A stretch of 64,000 nt of DNA from contig JBHGNT010000021.1 of assembly GCA_043228905.1 (NCBI GenBank), positions 2,914,001 through 2,978,000 on the forward strand, in the 5' to 3' direction. The stretch is from Azolla caroliniana (taxonomy: Eukaryota; Plantae; Polypodiophyta). The position numbers and the translations under genes are program-made. A model generated the notes under the pieces. It made no database searches. It was not told the origin of the DNA and was given only the letters and a program-made list of their open reading frames with translations. Each line of letters opens with the position of its first letter. Within the stretch, counting starts at the first letter, position 1. This document shows, in pieces, positions 61,473 through 64,000 of the stretch.

Positions 61473-64000
61473 GGCTAAACGTTGAAGATGAAGATTTAGA
61501 GGAGAGAGAGGGGGGGGGGGGGGGGGGGGAATCTCCGTCTTCCTTCTTCTTTCTTCTTCTTCCGTCTAATTCTCGCTACCTTCCTTCCTGCTCCTTCCGT
61601 CCGATTTCTTCCTTGCTTTTCTTCTGTCTGATTCCTTCTTAGTTCAACGCGGCTATGGAGACGAAGCGAAAACGTAGAAGAAGAAGAAGAAGAAGAAGAA
61701 GAAGAAAAAAAAACACAGAGAAGCGAAAGCGTGTCTGTCGTAGAAGCAGCAGCTGCGTGAAGAAGAAGAAGAAGAAGAAGAAGGAAAGCTGAAAGAAAAG
61801 CTGCTTTTGCTTTCCATTTCCATTTTATATTTATTTTCCATGGATTTTAAAAAAAACCCAAAAAGCAAAAGGCAAAAAGCAAAAAGCAAAAACAAGAAAG
61901 AAAGAGGCTCTAAATAGGATTTGACTCGTCTAGAGACAAGAGAGATCTATTCGAAGATCAACTACACACACGGATTGCCTGGTCAGTTCTTTACTACATA
62001 TTCATTATTGTGACAGATCCTATTCTTGTTAAATTACACACAATATGGGCTCCGGAAGAAAAATCGATTGGATTGAGGTTGTTGTCAAGCGAAGCCATGT
62101 ATTTATTGTTCAAGCTCTCGCAAATGGCCCATATCATGTTTTCGGCACCTATTTGAGATAATAGTATTAAGGCAAGAGACATGTGGGAAATGTTTTCAAA
62201 TGCTCCAGGCCTGAGAATTAGCATGCATATGAAATCGCCATTGTTTCATTTTATAGAACAATATGCATTAGGGTTGGGGTAGTCATGAATGATAGAAGAT
62301 CGTGGTGTAGTTTGCCATTGCCTGTCTTGGATATCCAATTGGCGGAGATGTTTCTCATGCGAAAACTTATTGAGTGGATATCTAAAAAACTGGAGGATAA
62401 GTTTATGTATTCGAGGTCTTAATTCTAGCCTTTTCATGTACAACTTAAGGTTGTCCAATCAATTATGGTTTCTATGGTATTTTATTATCTTCCTCTGCTA
62501 CCATGGTCGAAGAAAGCTCTTGAAATGGTGTCACGCCCAAGGTGGATGTTATTGTGGAAGACAAAAGGGAAAAGTTCCATGTCGTAGTTGGCATGGGATC
62601 ATGTTTTTGTACTCCAAAGCGTCTTGGTAGGGCATCAATATGGAATTTATATGACGATATGTGGCTCCTCGATTTACTTTCATTCGATTTATGTTTGAGG
62701 GTATAAAAGGTTACAAATATATGGGGGTTTATAAACCCGTTACCTAGTGGTTTCATGTGATCAAGGCACATTGTTGTTCTCACTTGATCTTATGAGCTAA
62801 GTATTCATTTGGAGAGTTATAGTTGGAGCTTTACCATTAGGGGAAGCATTAAACAAAAGAAAATTGCTAGAGTCATATGTATTTAGATCCATAGAAGAGT
62901 TCTACACTTTGTGTAAGTTAGTCATGGTGGCGTTTTTTCTTTTGTAATGAAAGCCATTACTTACTAGGAAAAAAAGAGATCTATGAAGACATTTTTGTCT
63001 ACCCAACCAAAAGTGTTCAAACAATCTATCACTTAGAACTAATCAGTGTGCCCCCCAACCAATCAACCGCTCCTCATGTGAACTTCTATCACAAGAAGAA
63101 GGCCTCCACATCTCGCGCAATCAATCACTTGCATTGACCATGTCGATTGAATTGGTCATGCAAGTAGTCAACCATACAACTCTTTTCCCATCCTCCCTTC
63201 CTAATGGTGATGGAGGTAGGTTACTTCCGATGACGAAGGAAAAATAAATAGGATGGAGCATTAGTAAGATTGAGCAACATTGTATAAGCATTTAAATAGC
63301 AACTTGGGTGTGCATGTCGTGGAATGCTTCTTGTTCTCTTCTATATTTTACTAGGTGAAGTCCGAGCTATTTCTTTTCCCATTGAGCACACGGGTTTCAA
63401 TGCGGATGGTTGGGTACATATTATCAAAAGGACAACAAACTCCTTCCCGTGCTTCACGTAAGCACTCCATTGTCATGTCATATTCTAATTTCCCTAGCTA
63501 TTGTTTAATAACAAGACAAACATTCAATGCTTGTAGAAAGGCCATAAATTCACGCAAATAATACTAAATCATACGATCAATACTTTGGTGTAGAGTAGAA
63601 CCACTCCATCTTATAAAATATGCCTCTGTCCTAGGTGGCATGAAACTCCAATTGTTTGAGCCAACAGTTAGAATTTTGAAAAGATGCTCATTACCAAAAG
63701 GTACATCTTTTATGTATTGCCTTAGGGCGTTTCTTAATACTAATGTAGTGTATGTCTTTGGGAAATAAATAAATAAATAATAATAACATATGATCAAGTA
63801 CATTTAGGCTAGCACAAGGGTAAGATTTTTAATGTGACAATCAATGTCATGATGGAACAATATGGAGCTATTTTAAATATTTTATGGCATCATGATTTGA
63901 TTTACCAACATTGTGGCATTTTATGATTCAAGGTATTAGATTCATATGGGAGTGACATAAACTTTCCATCTGGTAGCTAGTTTCTTGGCTGATGTTATGC

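Noticed and set aside
62246-62783. Short ORFs including a YNLRL motif reminiscent of a hAT transposase C-terminus
   Set aside because: It is a single short motif with no other transposase residues in frame.

Overview
AT-rich eukaryotic land-plant nuclear DNA. The PLS-type PPR ending in a short E tail and the CIP7/ENR/RLK family members suggest a seed-free plant, probably a fern; this taxonomic call is inference. Seven protein-coding genes were reconstructed by hand with splice phases checked: an LRR-III receptor-like kinase (+), an intronless PLS-E PPR (-), a CIP7-like gene (-), the histone chaperone ASF1 (+), endonuclease III NTH1 (-), plastid enoyl-ACP reductase (-) and an LSM12-like gene (-). 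Non-genic sequence holds an apparently intact tRNA-derived SINE with a 15-bp TSD, two copies of a non-autonomous hAT-like element, Gypsy and LINE relics, microsatellites and many short tandem duplications. The most notable observations are a U12-type AT-AC intron in LSM12, a 165-bp exon duplication in NTH1 that also copied the splice donor, an 85/170-bp higher-order repeat at the ASF1 promoter, and the structured SINE. I see no convincing evidence of a wholly new multi-gene system. The candidates are local regulatory and splicing oddities.
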